A DNA stretch of 64,000 nt from Candidatus Sericytochromatia bacterium (GTDB lineage Bacteria > Cyanobacteriota > Sericytochromatia > S15B-MN24 > UBA4093), in assembly GCA_036676985.1 (NCBI GenBank), contig JAKFBU010000056.1, positions 64,001-128,000 of the forward strand. The letters are read 5' to 3'. The notes beneath the pieces were generated by a model that had not been told where the DNA came from, searched no databases, and saw nothing but the letters and a program-made list of their open reading frames with translations. Numbering within the stretch: the first letter of the stretch is position 1; each line of letters starts with the position of its first letter. Position numbers and translations under genes: made by a program. Positions 38,521 to 49,700 of the stretch are shown here, in pieces.

Positions 38521-39537
38521 TAGAGCAAGAAACGGTTGTTGATGGCGGCGAGGGATGAGATGCTGTGGCGATGCCGAAAGTATACTCAGAAGACCTTCGC
38601 CGCCGTGTCTTAGCGGCCTACGAAACAACCAACGCGACGTATGAAGAAGTCGCAGCGCGCTTTGGCGTGAGCGTGGGGTTTGTCCGAAAGCTCCGCGAAC
38701 TGTACCAGGAAACGGGTGACATCACCCGCCGTCCTCACGGGGGCGGGATGCCCCGGAAGCTCAGCCCAGACGACGAGAAGGCCATTCGACGTTGGTGCGA
38801 AGTCCAGCCTGATTTGACCCTCAAGGAATACCAAGAGCGCCTCCGCGCCGAGCGGGGCGTCGAAGTCAGCACCATGACCCTTAGTCGTGTCTTGAGGGAA
38901 ATGGGACTCACTCGAAAAAAAAGTCCCTCTACGCGACCGAGCAGCGGACGCAGAAGGTCAGGCTAGAGCGGGCGCGCTTCGTCAAACTGATCCGCCGGTT
39001 CTGCGCCAGCCGCTTCGTCTTCCTGGATGAGTTCGGCTGTAACACGGCGATGACCCGCCGCTACGCCAGAGGCCAAAGCGGGAAGCGGATTCGTAGTTAT
39101 GCCCCGATCAACTACGGCCCCAACGTCAGTGTCCTGGCCGCCATGCGGCAGGGCGGAATCGAAGCTTCGATGCGAGTCGAAGGCGCTACTTCAGGCGCAG
39201 TCTTCCTCGCCTTCCTCAAACACTTCCTCGTCCCCAAGCTGAAGCAAGGCGACATCGTGGTCATGGATAACCTGGCCGCCCACAAGGTCGACGGTGTCCA
39301 CCAGCTCATTACGAGCGCTGGGGCGCGTGTCCTCTACCTTCCCCCTTATTCGCCTGACTACAACCCAATCGAACTCGCCTTCTCCAAGATCAAAGGCTTC
39401 CTACGCTCAAAGGCAGCGTGGACGAAAGAAAGCCTGGATCAGGCACTGACCCAGGCTTTTGCTTGTATTACGAGCAGTGACACTGCCGGTTGGATAGGGC
39501 ACTGCGGATATGCCCTACTCAATCGTTAGACGCTCTA
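38521..39537 (+). mobile_element. IS630-family insertion sequence
   Basis: Imperfect TIRs TAGAGCaagaAACGgTTG (left) and TAGAGCgtctAACGaTTG (right, reverse complement), TA at both ends, visibly lower GC, split DDE transposase. Confidence 0.92.
38571..39529 (+). CDS. IS630 transposase, two ORFs joined by a -1 shift at A8 (38915-38922)
   Basis: OrfA HTH YSEDLRRRV...TRKK; the -1 frame continues KKSLYATEQ...FVFLDE...VVMDNLAAHK...YLPPYSPDYNPIE (DDE triad). Confidence 0.9.
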
Positions 39538-39542
39538 ACCTC

Positions 39543-41537
39543 TTAAAGCGAGGGCTGGAGGGCGGGGGCGGGGGTGTCCAGGGGGGCCGGGGGCGCGCCC
39601 TCGCCGCGGAAGATGGCCCGCCACTCGCGGTCCACCTCGCCCGAGGTCATCTCGCCGGTGATGAGCTTCTGGACGTAAGGGTCGAAGGGATCGGCCTCGA
39701 GCTTCACGCCCTTGTAGGACATGTTCATGAACTCCACGAAGGCCAGGGCCTCCGGCAGGCCGATGCCCTGCTTGCCGTCCTTGTAGTACTGCTTGAACGC
39801 AAGCTGCATGGCCTCGGGCGTCTGCTCGCCGTTGACCAGCGCCTGTACCCAGGGGTCCTGGGCGTCCACGGAGCCCGCGAACTGGCCCTTGTACTCGAAG
39901 TTGATCTGATTGACGAGGCCCATGGCCCGATCCTGCGACAGCCCACCCTGCGGGCTCTTGCCCTCCTTGAGGGCCTGCAGGTGCTTGCCCAGGAGCTGAA
40001 TGGGATCGCCGGGCGCCCCCATGGCGACCTGGCCGAGGCAAAGCTCGAGCGCCTGAGCGAGCTCGTCTTGGTTGGGCGTGCGGCCCATGATGGACTGGAA
40101 CTGCTGCATGATCCGCTCGACCAGGTTGAGGATCATCGACTCCAGCGCGGCCAGGTTCGGGATCTCGCTGGTGCCCACCATGCTCAGCATCTGGCGAATG
40201 AGCTTCATGAGGGCGGCCGGGACCTTCCCGATGAGGCGCTCGACGAGGTCCATGATCTTCTTGATCTGCTGCTCGGCACGGATGGTGTCGAGCTGGGCGC
40301 GCAGCATGGACTCGGTCTGGCGCGCGAGCTCGAGCTTGCGGAACCAGAACTCCTTGTCCTGGAAAAGCCGCAGGGCCTCGCGCTCGCCGAAGTCCCGGAT
40401 GGCCTTCAGCAGATCCTTCAACTCGGCCTCGTCCAGCGTCAGGGACTCGCGGATGGCCTTGTCCGAGCGCGCCAGGGGGAACGCCGAGAAGGTGTCCTGC
40501 AGGATGCCCTGCAGCCGCCGAAGCACGTCGCGGTTGGCAGCCGCCTGGGTCCCGTCGAGCATCTGCTCGAACAGCTGCGCCTCGGCCTCCGACGCGAAGT
40601 CGCGGCCGAGCATGGACTTGAAGAAGGCGCGCGGCGAATTCTCGAGGAAGCGCTCGATGGCCTCCTGCGGCTGGTAGTGGCGAGCGGTGGCCACCTCGAT
40701 GGCGATCTCGAGGTCCCGCGCCGACAGGCCCGTCACCTCGACGTTGCCCAGCCGGTCGAACTTCTTCTGGACCGTGTCGCCGCCGGCGAGCCGCGTGATG
40801 CGGTCGGCGATGACGTTCTGGAAGTAGCTCGAGAGCTTTTGCAGGGCACCCGCCCGGTTGAAGTCAGCGGGTAGGGGATCGGAGAGCTTGGCGCCCTCGG
40901 GGAAGACGAAGGTGAGCTTGGAGCGGTACTCGGCGAGCTCGTTGGCCTCGGGGGGACGGCCGAAGGCGTTCTGGAAGGCCTTGACGGCAGCGGCCTCGAG
41001 GAAGCGCGCCTTGCTGGAGAATGGCTCGGCGAGCTCGCGCGGCAAGGGGCCCGTCTGGCGCAGCTGGGCGGCCTCGCCGGCGTTGCGGGCCTCGAGGCTG
41101 TCCAGGATGCGCTGGCGGCTGGAGAAGGCCAGGCTGTCCTGCAGGCGCAGGGCGCTGTCGATGTCGCCCTGCGTGACGAAGCCCATCTCGAGCAGGACCT
41201 CGCCGATCTTCTTGTCGGTCAGGTTCTGGGTCTGGAGCGCCGCCTCGAGCTGGGCGGTGGTCAGCTTGCCCGTCTCGAGCAGCAGATCGCCCAGCTTCTT
41301 GCGGGCCATCATCGGAGCCTGCGGGTTGCGGTTGTTCTGGACCGCGAGCGCGAAATCGAGCTCCTGCTGGGAGATGAAGCCCTTGTTGACGAGCACCTCT
41401 CCCAGCTGCACGTTGAGCTTGGCTTGCTCTTGCAGGGCCGAGGAGAGCTGATTGCGGTCGATCTTCTTGAGGTTTACCAGCAGTTCGCCGATGTGTTGGC
41501 GTCCCTGTGACAGGGCGCCAATCAAGTCTCCGGTCAT
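39543..41537 (-). CDS. Protein with two tandem MshEN-like c-di-GMP-binding domains and an unknown helical C-terminus
   Basis: Four [RKQH][LI]GxxLxxxGxxxxxxLxxALxxQ-type units (HIGELLV, QLGEVLV, KLGDLLL, KIGEVLL); no Walker A seen; AAGGAG RBS. Confidence 0.8.
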   Translation of the reverse strand: MTGDLIGALSQGRQHIGELLVNLKKIDRNQLSSALQEQAKLNVQLGEVLVNKGFISQQELDFALAVQNNRNPQAPMMARKKLGDLLLETGKLTTAQLEAALQTQNLTDKKIGEVLLEMGFVTQGDIDSALRLQDSLAFSSRQRILDSLEARNAGEAAQLRQTGPLPRELAEPFSSKARFLEAAAVKAFQNAFGRPPEANELAEYRSKLTFVFPEGAKLSDPLPADFNRAGALQKLSSYFQNVIADRITRLAGGDTVQKKFDRLGNVEVTGLSARDLEIAIEVATARHYQPQEAIERFLENSPRAFFKSMLGRDFASEAEAQLFEQMLDGTQAAANRDVLRRLQGILQDTFSAFPLARSDKAIRESLTLDEAELKDLLKAIRDFGEREALRLFQDKEFWFRKLELARQTESMLRAQLDTIRAEQQIKKIMDLVERLIGKVPAALMKLIRQMLSMVGTSEIPNLAALESMILNLVERIMQQFQSIMGRTPNQDELAQALELCLGQVAMGAPGDPIQLLGKHLQALKEGKSPQGGLSQDRAMGLVNQINFEYKGQFAGSVDAQDPWVQALVNGEQTPEAMQLAFKQYYKDGKQGIGLPEALAFVEFMNMSYKGVKLEADPFDPYVQKLITGEMTSGEVDREWRAIFRGEGAPPAPLDTPAPALQPSL

Positions 41538-41668
41538 GCGGAGGCTCCTTTCCAAACAGGCCCGAGCCGGGGCTTCTCTTCAATCATCCCCCGCTCCGCC
41601 CGCTCCGTGCGCGATTTAACACACTTTTGAGCAGGTTTTATAAGAGCCCGGGAGGCTTTAAGACGCCG

Positions 41669-42007
41669 CTAATGCTCCTTACCCTGCTTGGCTGATAATT
41701 TCGCCTGCATGACGTCGAGTGGCTCCCAGAAGGTCTGGGGCCACTCGTCGGAATCGTCGGGGTTGATGAGCTCGTCCGGCCAGGGGCTCCGGTGGTTGAA
41801 GCCCCGCCGGACCATCTCGTCGGCCAGGTCGTCGTGGCGACGCTTCATGGCCTTGCTGTGGCCCATCCAGCGTCGCGTCTCCGGGTGGTTGCGGTAGCCC
41901 CGGTTGAGGCCGGCGATCGCCCGCGCCATGATGAGCAGCTCGTTGTGCTCGCCCAGGAGGCGCTTGTCGTCGAGCTCGGTGGCCGGGATCGGCCACCAGC
42001 TACGCAT
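41669..42007 (-). CDS. Pyrimidine-dimer DNA glycosylase / T4 endonuclease V family
   Basis: MR.W..P..LDDKRLLGEHNEL, GYRNHPET.RW, EMVRRGFNH. Confidence 0.8.
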   Translation of the reverse strand: MRSWWPIPATELDDKRLLGEHNELLIMARAIAGLNRGYRNHPETRRWMGHSKAMKRRHDDLADEMVRRGFNHRSPWPDELINPDDSDEWPQTFWEPLDVMQAKLSAKQGKEH

Positions 42008-42870
42008 TAATAGGACACTCCGGTGGCCATGGCCTGGAGGCGACGCACCCGCTCCTCGGTGGCCGGGTGGGTGCTGAAGAGCTTCATCAGCATGCTGCCC
42101 GCGCCGGCGAACGGGTTGACGATGTACATGTGCGCGGTCGCCGGGTTGGCGTGCGCCATGGGCTGCTGGTAGGCCGCCTGTTCGAGCTTGATGAGGGCGT
42201 TGGCCAGGGCCATGGGCCGCCCGCAGATCTGGGCCCCCACGCGGTCCGCCTCGAACTCGCGCGAGCGCGAGATGGCCATCTGCACGAGGCTCGCCGCGAT
42301 GGGCGCGACGACCATCATGGCGATCGTCCCGGCCAGGCCGGGGCCTTCTTCATCGTCCCGGTTCCCGCCGAACATCATCGCCCACTGCAGCATGTGGGCG
42401 AGCTGGGTGAGCACGCCCGCGAGCATGGCCGCGACCGAGGAGATGAGGATGTCGCGGTTCTTGACGTGCGCGAGCTCGTGCGCGAGCACGCCCTCGAGCT
42501 CGTCGTGGTTGAGCACCTGGAGGATGCCCTGCGTGACGGCGACCGCGGCATGCTCGGGATCGCGGCCGGTCGCGAACGCGTTGGGCGTCCAGTCCGGCGT
42601 GACGTAGACCCGCGGCATGGGCAGGTTCGCCCGCTGGGCGAGGTTGCCGATCACCCGGAACAGCTCGGGGCTTTCGGCCGCGCTCACCTCCTGGGCGCCG
42701 CTGAACTTGAGGGCGATCTTGTCGGAGAACCAGTAGCCCGCAAAGTTCATGCCCACGGCCAAGAGGACGCCGACCAACAGGCCGGTCCGGCCGCCCATGA
42801 CCGCCGCGCCGCCGACGACGAGCGCCGTCAGGGCAGCCAGCAGGACGAACGTCTTGAAGTTATTCCACAT
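42007..42870 (-). CDS. htpX: Zinc metalloprotease HtpX (M48)
   Basis: PNAFATGR, GVLAHELAH, ISRSREFEAD, FSTHP. Confidence 0.95.
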   Translation of the reverse strand: MWNNFKTFVLLAALTALVVGGAAVMGGRTGLLVGVLLAVGMNFAGYWFSDKIALKFSGAQEVSAAESPELFRVIGNLAQRANLPMPRVYVTPDWTPNAFATGRDPEHAAVAVTQGILQVLNHDELEGVLAHELAHVKNRDILISSVAAMLAGVLTQLAHMLQWAMMFGGNRDDEEGPGLAGTIAMMVVAPIAASLVQMAISRSREFEADRVGAQICGRPMALANALIKLEQAAYQQPMAHANPATAHMYIVNPFAGAGSMLMKLFSTHPATEERVRRLQAMATGVSY

Positions 42871-43025
42871 GTATTGGCCCCTCGTAGGCCCTCTTGCGAG
42901 GACGATCAGGTAACGTGACACAACCGGACTAAACGGTCGACTCCATTATACGGGATCCGTCGCCCGACACGAGCGCCGACCGATGCTTGGACTTGGGGGG
43001 CGGGTCAAAGGTTCCCGAACGGGAC

Positions 43026-43748
43026 CTAGACCTCGCCGCGCATGGCGCGCTTCATCTCGCGCACGGCCCGCTCCATCCCCACGAGCACGGCCCGCGAGAC
43101 GATGGAGTGGCCGATGTTGAGCTCGGCCATGCCGGGGAGCTCGGCCACGGGCCGCACGTTCCAGTAGGTGAGGCCGTGTCCCGCGTGCAGGCGCAGGCCG
43201 AGCTCGACGGCCAGCGCCCCGGCGATGCGCAGGCGCTCCAGCTCGTCGTCGGCATGGGGCCAGGTCTCGGCGTAGGTGCCGGTGTGCAGCTCGATGGCGT
43301 CCGCGCCGGCCTCGAAGCTCGCGCGCACCTGGTCGAGATCGGGATCGATGAAGAGGGAGACGACGATGCCCGCCTCCTTGAGGCGGGCGATCGCCCGCTT
43401 CAGCGACTCGAAGTGGCCGCGCACGTCGAGTCCGCCCTCGGTCGTGACCTCCTGGCGCTTCTCGGGGACCAGGGACACCTGCTCGGGCTTGACCTCGAGG
43501 GCGATGCCGACCATCTCGTCGGTGGCGGCCATCTCGAGGTTCATGGGCGTGCGCAGGGTCTGGCGCAGCACGCGCACGTCGCGGTCCTGGATGTGGCGGC
43601 GATCTTCGCGCAGGTGCACGGTGATGGAGTCGGCGCCCGCCAGCTCGCAGAGCACGGCGGCGGCGACGGGGTCCGGCTCGACGGTGCGGCGGGCCTGGCG
43701 GATGGTGGCGACGTGGTCGATGTTCACCCCGAGCTTGGGTGCGGTCAT
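43026..43748 (-). CDS. pdxJ: Pyridoxine 5'-phosphate synthase
   Basis: [47 protein letters not shown]; GGAGG RBS. Confidence 0.97.
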   Translation of the reverse strand: MTAPKLGVNIDHVATIRQARRTVEPDPVAAAVLCELAGADSITVHLREDRRHIQDRDVRVLRQTLRTPMNLEMAATDEMVGIALEVKPEQVSLVPEKRQEVTTEGGLDVRGHFESLKRAIARLKEAGIVVSLFIDPDLDQVRASFEAGADAIELHTGTYAETWPHADDELERLRIAGALAVELGLRLHAGHGLTYWNVRPVAELPGMAELNIGHSIVSRAVLVGMERAVREMKRAMRGEV

Positions 43749-43761
43749 GGGTCCTCCTGGT

Positions 43762-46700
43762 TCATCCAATCAAGTCGAGCGCGCACTGCAGGGCCAAAGA
43801 CCGCTCCGTGTCGGGGGGAATCAGGCTGAAGGCGCGCTGGAGGTGGGGCTTTGCCTTGTCGGGCTGGGAGACCCGCATCAGGCCGAGGCCGAGGTCCGCG
43901 TGGGCCTCGGCGTAATCGGGATCGAGCACCAGGGCCTGGCCGAAGGCGGCGAGCGCCTCGTCCTGCTGGCCGAGGGCCAGGTAGACCGTTCCCATGGCAT
44001 GGTAGTACGCCGCCTTGGGCGCGTGGTAGATGGCGCTCGTGAGGGCCTTCTTGGCGAGGTCAAGGTCGCCCAGGTCCCTCGCCAGGCGGCCCATGGTGTA
44101 GTGGGCCTCGGCGTGCTGGGGCTGCAGGGCGATGACGTCGGCGCAAGCCTCCAGGGCCGCCCGCCGCTCCATCATCTGCTCGTGGGCCCAGGCGAGCATC
44201 ATGAGCGCCTCGGTGTTCTGCGGCTCCACGTCCAGCAGGTCGTAGGCGCGCTTGAGCGTCTCGGGCGGGTTGTGGCGATCGCGCCCCAGGTGCATGAGGG
44301 CCCGCAGGCTCGGCACGTGGCGCGGGTCCAGGGCGACGATGCGCAGCAACGGCCCTTCGGCCGAGCGCAGGTCCCCGCGCTGGCGGTGGATGTCCGCGAG
44401 GATGTGGGCGGTCTCCAGGTCCTTGGGGTCCGCGTCGAGGATCTTGGCGTAGGTGTCGGCCGCCCCGGACAGGTGGCCCACGGTGACCTGCGCGCGGGCC
44501 ATCTTGCGCAGCAGCTCCACGTCCGAGCGATCCTGCTGCCACGCGAGCTGCCACCACTGGATGGCCGCGGGGAAGTCGCCCTCGGCGCTGGAGCGCTCGG
44601 CGAAGGCCAAGGTCAGCTTGCGGAACAGGGACAGGGCCGCCTCGTCGTTCGGGCGGGCGTTGAGGGCCTCCTGCAGGTGGGTCCATGCGGGTTCCAGCTC
44701 GCTCGCGTCCCAGGCGAGCTCCGCGAGGGCGAGCCTGGCGTCGAAGTGGCCGGGCTCCTGCTCGAGGATGCCGTGGTAGATGCGCCGGGCGCCCTCGAGG
44801 TCGCCGGACTGGCGGTGGATCTCGCCCAAGAGGAAGGCGGCCTCGCGATCGCCCGGATCGGCCTGCAAGAGGGCCGAGAGCACGCCGATGGCCTCGGCCT
44901 TGCGGCCCGCCTGGTAGAAGGTGTCGGCGAGGCGCCGCCGGGCGGCCATGTCGTCCGGATCCAGCTGCACGATCTCCCCACAGAAGGCGATGGCCTCGCT
45001 CCATTTCTGCTTGGAGGCATGCATGTCGGCGAGCCGCTCGGCACAGGCCTTGGCGAGCGCGACGTACTCGGCGTGTTCCGCCTCCCCCTCCGTGAGGGTC
45101 GCCGCGCGCTTGAGAGGCTCCCAGGCCTCGGCGAGCTCGCCCTCGGCCATCAGCAACCGGCCGAGGCCGACCAGGCTCAGCAAATCGTCCGGAGCGATCG
45201 CGAGCGCGTCCCGGTAGTGGCCGGCGGCAATCGGTGGCTCGTCGAGGCCGAGCGCCACGATGGCGAGGGCCTGATGCGTGGCGAGGTGAGCGGGATCCGC
45301 GTCGCGTAGCTCCGTGAAGCAGACCCGGGCCTCGTCCCAGAACCCGCCCATGGCCGCGATCTCGCCGTGCCGGAACTTGACGTCGGGGTCGCCCTCCTTG
45401 AGCCGCACCAGCTCGCGGTGGATGCCCACGGCCTCGGCGAAGCGGCCCGCCTTGACGTAGGCCTCGCCCAGATTGGTGAGGGCCTCGACCTCGTCCGCGG
45501 CGAAGCTGAGGAGCAGCTCCCAGTAGAGGATGGCGCTCTCCCAGTCCCCGGCCTCGGTGGCCTCGTGCGCCAACAGGCGCGCGCAGCGACCGATGAGCTC
45601 CATGGCCCGCGGGTTCTTGTTGTCGAGCTTCAACAGCTCCTGGCCGAGCTCCCAGACGCCCTGGATGTCCCCCTCTTCCCAGGCCATCTCGGAGAGGGCG
45701 AAGCGGCTATCGACATGCTTCGGGTCCTCGGCGAGCACCGAGTGGAAGACCTCGCGGGCGCCCTCGCGATCGCCCTGGCGCAGCAGCACCCGGCCCAGCT
45801 GCCACCCGGCCTCGGTGCTGGCAGGCGAGAGCTCGCGGGCATGGGCGAGGGCCTCGACCGCCTCCGCCAGGCGTTCGAGGTCGGCGAGCGCACGTCCCTG
45901 GGCGATCCATGCGTCCACGTCCTCGGGCACGTGCGCCAGGTAGCGCTCGCGCCACGCGATGGCCTCGGCCGGGTCCGCCACGGACTCCGCTAGCTGGTAG
46001 GCGGCCTCCTGGGCCAGGTGCTCCGCCTCGGCATTCTCCTCGGCCTCCTGGACCTTGAGCGCCCAGTCCCAAGAGGACCGGTAGTCTTCCAGCCGTGCGA
46101 AGACGTTGGCGAGCGTGAGGGCGGCCGTCAGGTCCCCGTGATCGGTGGCAAGGCGCTCGTACGGCACTTTCGCCAGGTCGAAGTGGTCGCCCGCGAGTGC
46201 CGTCGAGCCCCAGGTCTTGAGCAAGGCGGGCTCGAAGCCCGTGGCTTCTGCGAGCCGGCGGTAGTAGTCGCAAGCCTCCCGGTGGCGATCCTCGCGCCGG
46301 CAGAGGTCGGCGAGCCGCCTCAGGATCACCGGATGGGCCGGCTCCTGCACGAGGGCCCGCTCCCACCACTGGATGGCCGCCTCGTGATCCCCCTGGTCGC
46401 TCTCGAGGGTGGCGAGCGCGTGGGCCGCAGCCAAGGGGCGGTGCGTCGCCCACAGCTCCTCGAGCGCCGTCCGGGCCTCGTCGGGCGACGGATACGAGCG
46501 CGAGAGCTGGATGCCCTCGTCGAGGGCCTCCGGATGGGCGATCAGGAGGCGGCGATAGCGGGAGGAGGCGATCGCCTGCCGTCCGGCATCGCGCGCGAGC
46601 TCCGCCTGGAAGCGCATGAGGTCGAAGGTCGGAGCCTGGTAGGCGACGAGCAGGTCCGCGTAGAGGAAGGCCTGGTCGAAATCCCGCCGGAGCCTGGCGG

Positions 46701-49700
46701 CCTCGGCGAGCTGGCGCGCGCAGTAGGCGGCGAGCAACCGGGCCCGATCGGCCTCCGGGCTGTCCCCGATGGCGAGCACGCGCTGGCAGTACTCGCCGGC
46801 CATGACGAACTCGCCCCGGGACTGGGCCGAGCGCGCGAGGGCCATGAGGGCCACCGGGTGCGCGGGGTGCTCGTCGAGCACCTCGCGGAAGAGGTGCTCG
46901 GCCCGCTCTGCCTCGCCCGTGCGCAGGAGGCACTCGGCGAGGATCGCCTTGGCATCCGGCCAGTCGGGCGCCTCCTTCAGCAGGGCCTCCAGGTGCTCGA
47001 TGGCCCCGTCCAGGTCCCCGAGGGACATCTCGGCTCGCGCGACGCCGAGGCGCGCCTCCGCGTCATGGGGCGCGAAGCCCAGCACCTGCAACCAGGCCTG
47101 GCGCGACTCGGCCGGGGTCTCGGCGGGGTCGAGCGATCGCGCCTGCGCCGTGGCCACGCGGCGGGCGAAGTCGTCAGCCCCCTCTGCCTCCTTGGCGAGC
47201 AGCGCCTCGGCGACCTCGACGGCCTCGGCAAGGTCGCCCGTCGCGAGGGCCAGATCGCCCAACTGCCTCCAGGCGCCGAGATGGTCGAACTCGCGCGTGA
47301 GCGACTGGAGGATGGCCTTGGCCTCCACGTGGCGCCGGTTGGCGAGCAAGAGCTCCGCCATGGCGAGCAGGTCCTCGGGTTCGGGCTGCTGTTTGGCCAT
47401 GGCGAACAGGCTCGAGAGGGCCTCCTCCGGCCGTTCCAGGTGGCGCAGCAGGCGGGCCGCCGCGCGCAAGGCCTCCGGCTCGTCGGGCAAGGCTTTGAGC
47501 AGGTGCTTCCACCAGGCCAGGGCCTCCGCATGGCGGCCGCGTTCCTCGGCGGCCAGAGCGAGGGTCCGGGCGAGGTCCCGGGCCCTGGGCGAACCGAGGG
47601 CACCCGGGTGGGTCTCGAGGACGGCCGCGAGCTCGCGCTCGGCGGCCTCGAGCTGACCCTGCCGGAGGTTGAGATCCGCCAGCTCCAGGCGCGGCAACAG
47701 GGCGTCAGGCTGGTCCTCCACCAGACGATTGAGGATCTCCCGGGCCTGGGCCAGATGCCCGAGGCGGCGCTCGAGGCGCGCCATGACGAGCCGCGCGAGG
47801 GCATGATCGGGACGGGCCTTGAGGATGGCCGCGAGGGCCTTCTGGGCGCCTGCGACGTCACCCTGCTCGGCGGCATGCTCGGCGATGACGGCGAAGGCCT
47901 CGGCGTCGCCCGCTGCGAGCGGCAGGAGCTTGCGGGCCCAGCCCGCCGCCTCCGAGCCCATGCCCGCCCCGTGCAGGGCGAGCATCAGGTGGCGCATGGC
48001 CCCCACGTCCTGGGGCGCGAGCTCCACGACGCGCGCCCACCACGACGCCCCTTCGGGCGTCAGGCCCGCCAGCTCGGCCTGGCTGCGGGCATGGGCCAAG
48101 GCCCGCATCTTGGCCTCACCATGCCCGGCATCCGCCTCCAGGAGGCGCATGGCCCACTGGAAGGCCTCGGCATGGGCGTTCCGTTCCGCCGCCTCGTCCA
48201 GGAGGGCCTGGCAGACGGCGGCCGTGCGCTCGCCCAGATCGAAGGCCTTGCGGTAGGCTGCCATGGCCTCGTCGTGCCGAGCGAGCCGCTCGAGGCACTC
48301 CGCCTGGAGGATCCACACCCGGGGATCCTCGGGGGCGAGCTCGCGGGCCCGCGCAACCCAGGGCATGGCGTCGTCGGCACGCTCACCGCTCGCTCCTGCG
48401 AGGCACAGCTCCAGCTGGGCGGAATGGAAGACCTCGGGCTCGCCCATGCGCTGGGTAAGCTCAGACAGTGCCAGCCACTCGGCCTCTGTGTCGCCCTCGG
48501 CATGGGCCAGGCGCCGGCGCATGCCCCAGACGGCCGCCTCATCCGGATCCTGGGCCTCGATGACCTCGATCCAGCGGCGGGCCCCCGCGTGATCGCCCAG
48601 GTTCAGGCAGGTATCGACGAGGGGCAGCAGCGCCTGCTTCAGGCCGGCCTCCGCCGCCTGCTCGAGGAGGTATCGAGCCCCCGAGTAGTCGCCTTCGGCA
48701 AGGCGCTGTTCACCCAGCGCCAGCGCGCTGGCCGTGTCGGTCGGATCGCTCTCGACGAGCTGCTCGAGGGCCTGCAGGACCTCCGTCTGGCGGTTGAGCT
48801 CGTTGGCGAGGCGCACCACGTGGCGAAGGGCATCGTCGTCGTCCGGCAAGAGGGCCGCGAGCTTCTGCCACCAGGCGAGGGCCTCGGCACCCGAGGCCTC
48901 GTACGCGAGGCTGCGCACGATGTCGGCCAGGAGGGCGAGGGCACGGGCATGGGCGGGCTCTTCCTCGAGCAGGTCGTCCAGCATGGCGGCGGCCGCCGCG
49001 AGCTGACCGGTCTCGGCCAGGATCTCGGCGTGCTCGATGGTGAACCATGCGTTGGCGCCCAGGATCCGCTGGGCCCGCTGGAACCAGACGAGCGCCTCGG
49101 CCAGGGAGCCCTCCTCCCTAAGCAGGCATGCGAGCGCCACCATGGCATGGGCGTCGTCCATGCTCGCCGCCGTGGCGTAGGCAGCCTTGGCGTCGAGGGG
49201 CCGGCCCTCGCGCAGGGCGCGGTGGCCGAGCAGGGTGTGGGCGGCGCCGGGCAGGTCCGCATCGGTGGGGTCCAGGGCGAGGGCGCGATCCAGCCACTCG
49301 CCGGATCCCGCCTGCAGGGGGGCCCAGGCGAGGCTCAGGCGTACCATGCGCAGGGTTGCGGCATCCGCGGGCCCCAGGTGCGGCTCGAGCTCTGCGAGCG
49401 CTTCCCACGCGGCCTCGGGGTCCGAAGCGGCGAGCGCGATGGCGAAGCGCACGCGCTTGACCGCGGGGCTACCAGCCGCCTCGGGAGACTGCTGGAGGTG
49501 GGCCGACAGCCAGTGCTGGGCCGCCTCGGCGTCTCCCGATTGGGCACAGGCCTCGCTGGCGGCCAGATAGACCCGCGCCATGCCGGCTTGGGCCGCCCGC
49601 TCCAGGAGGGCGCGCGCCTCGCGACCACGCCCGGCGGAAAGCCAGCGCAGGCCAAGGGCCTCGGCCCCCGAGACGTCCTCCGGGTCCCGGACCACCAGCT

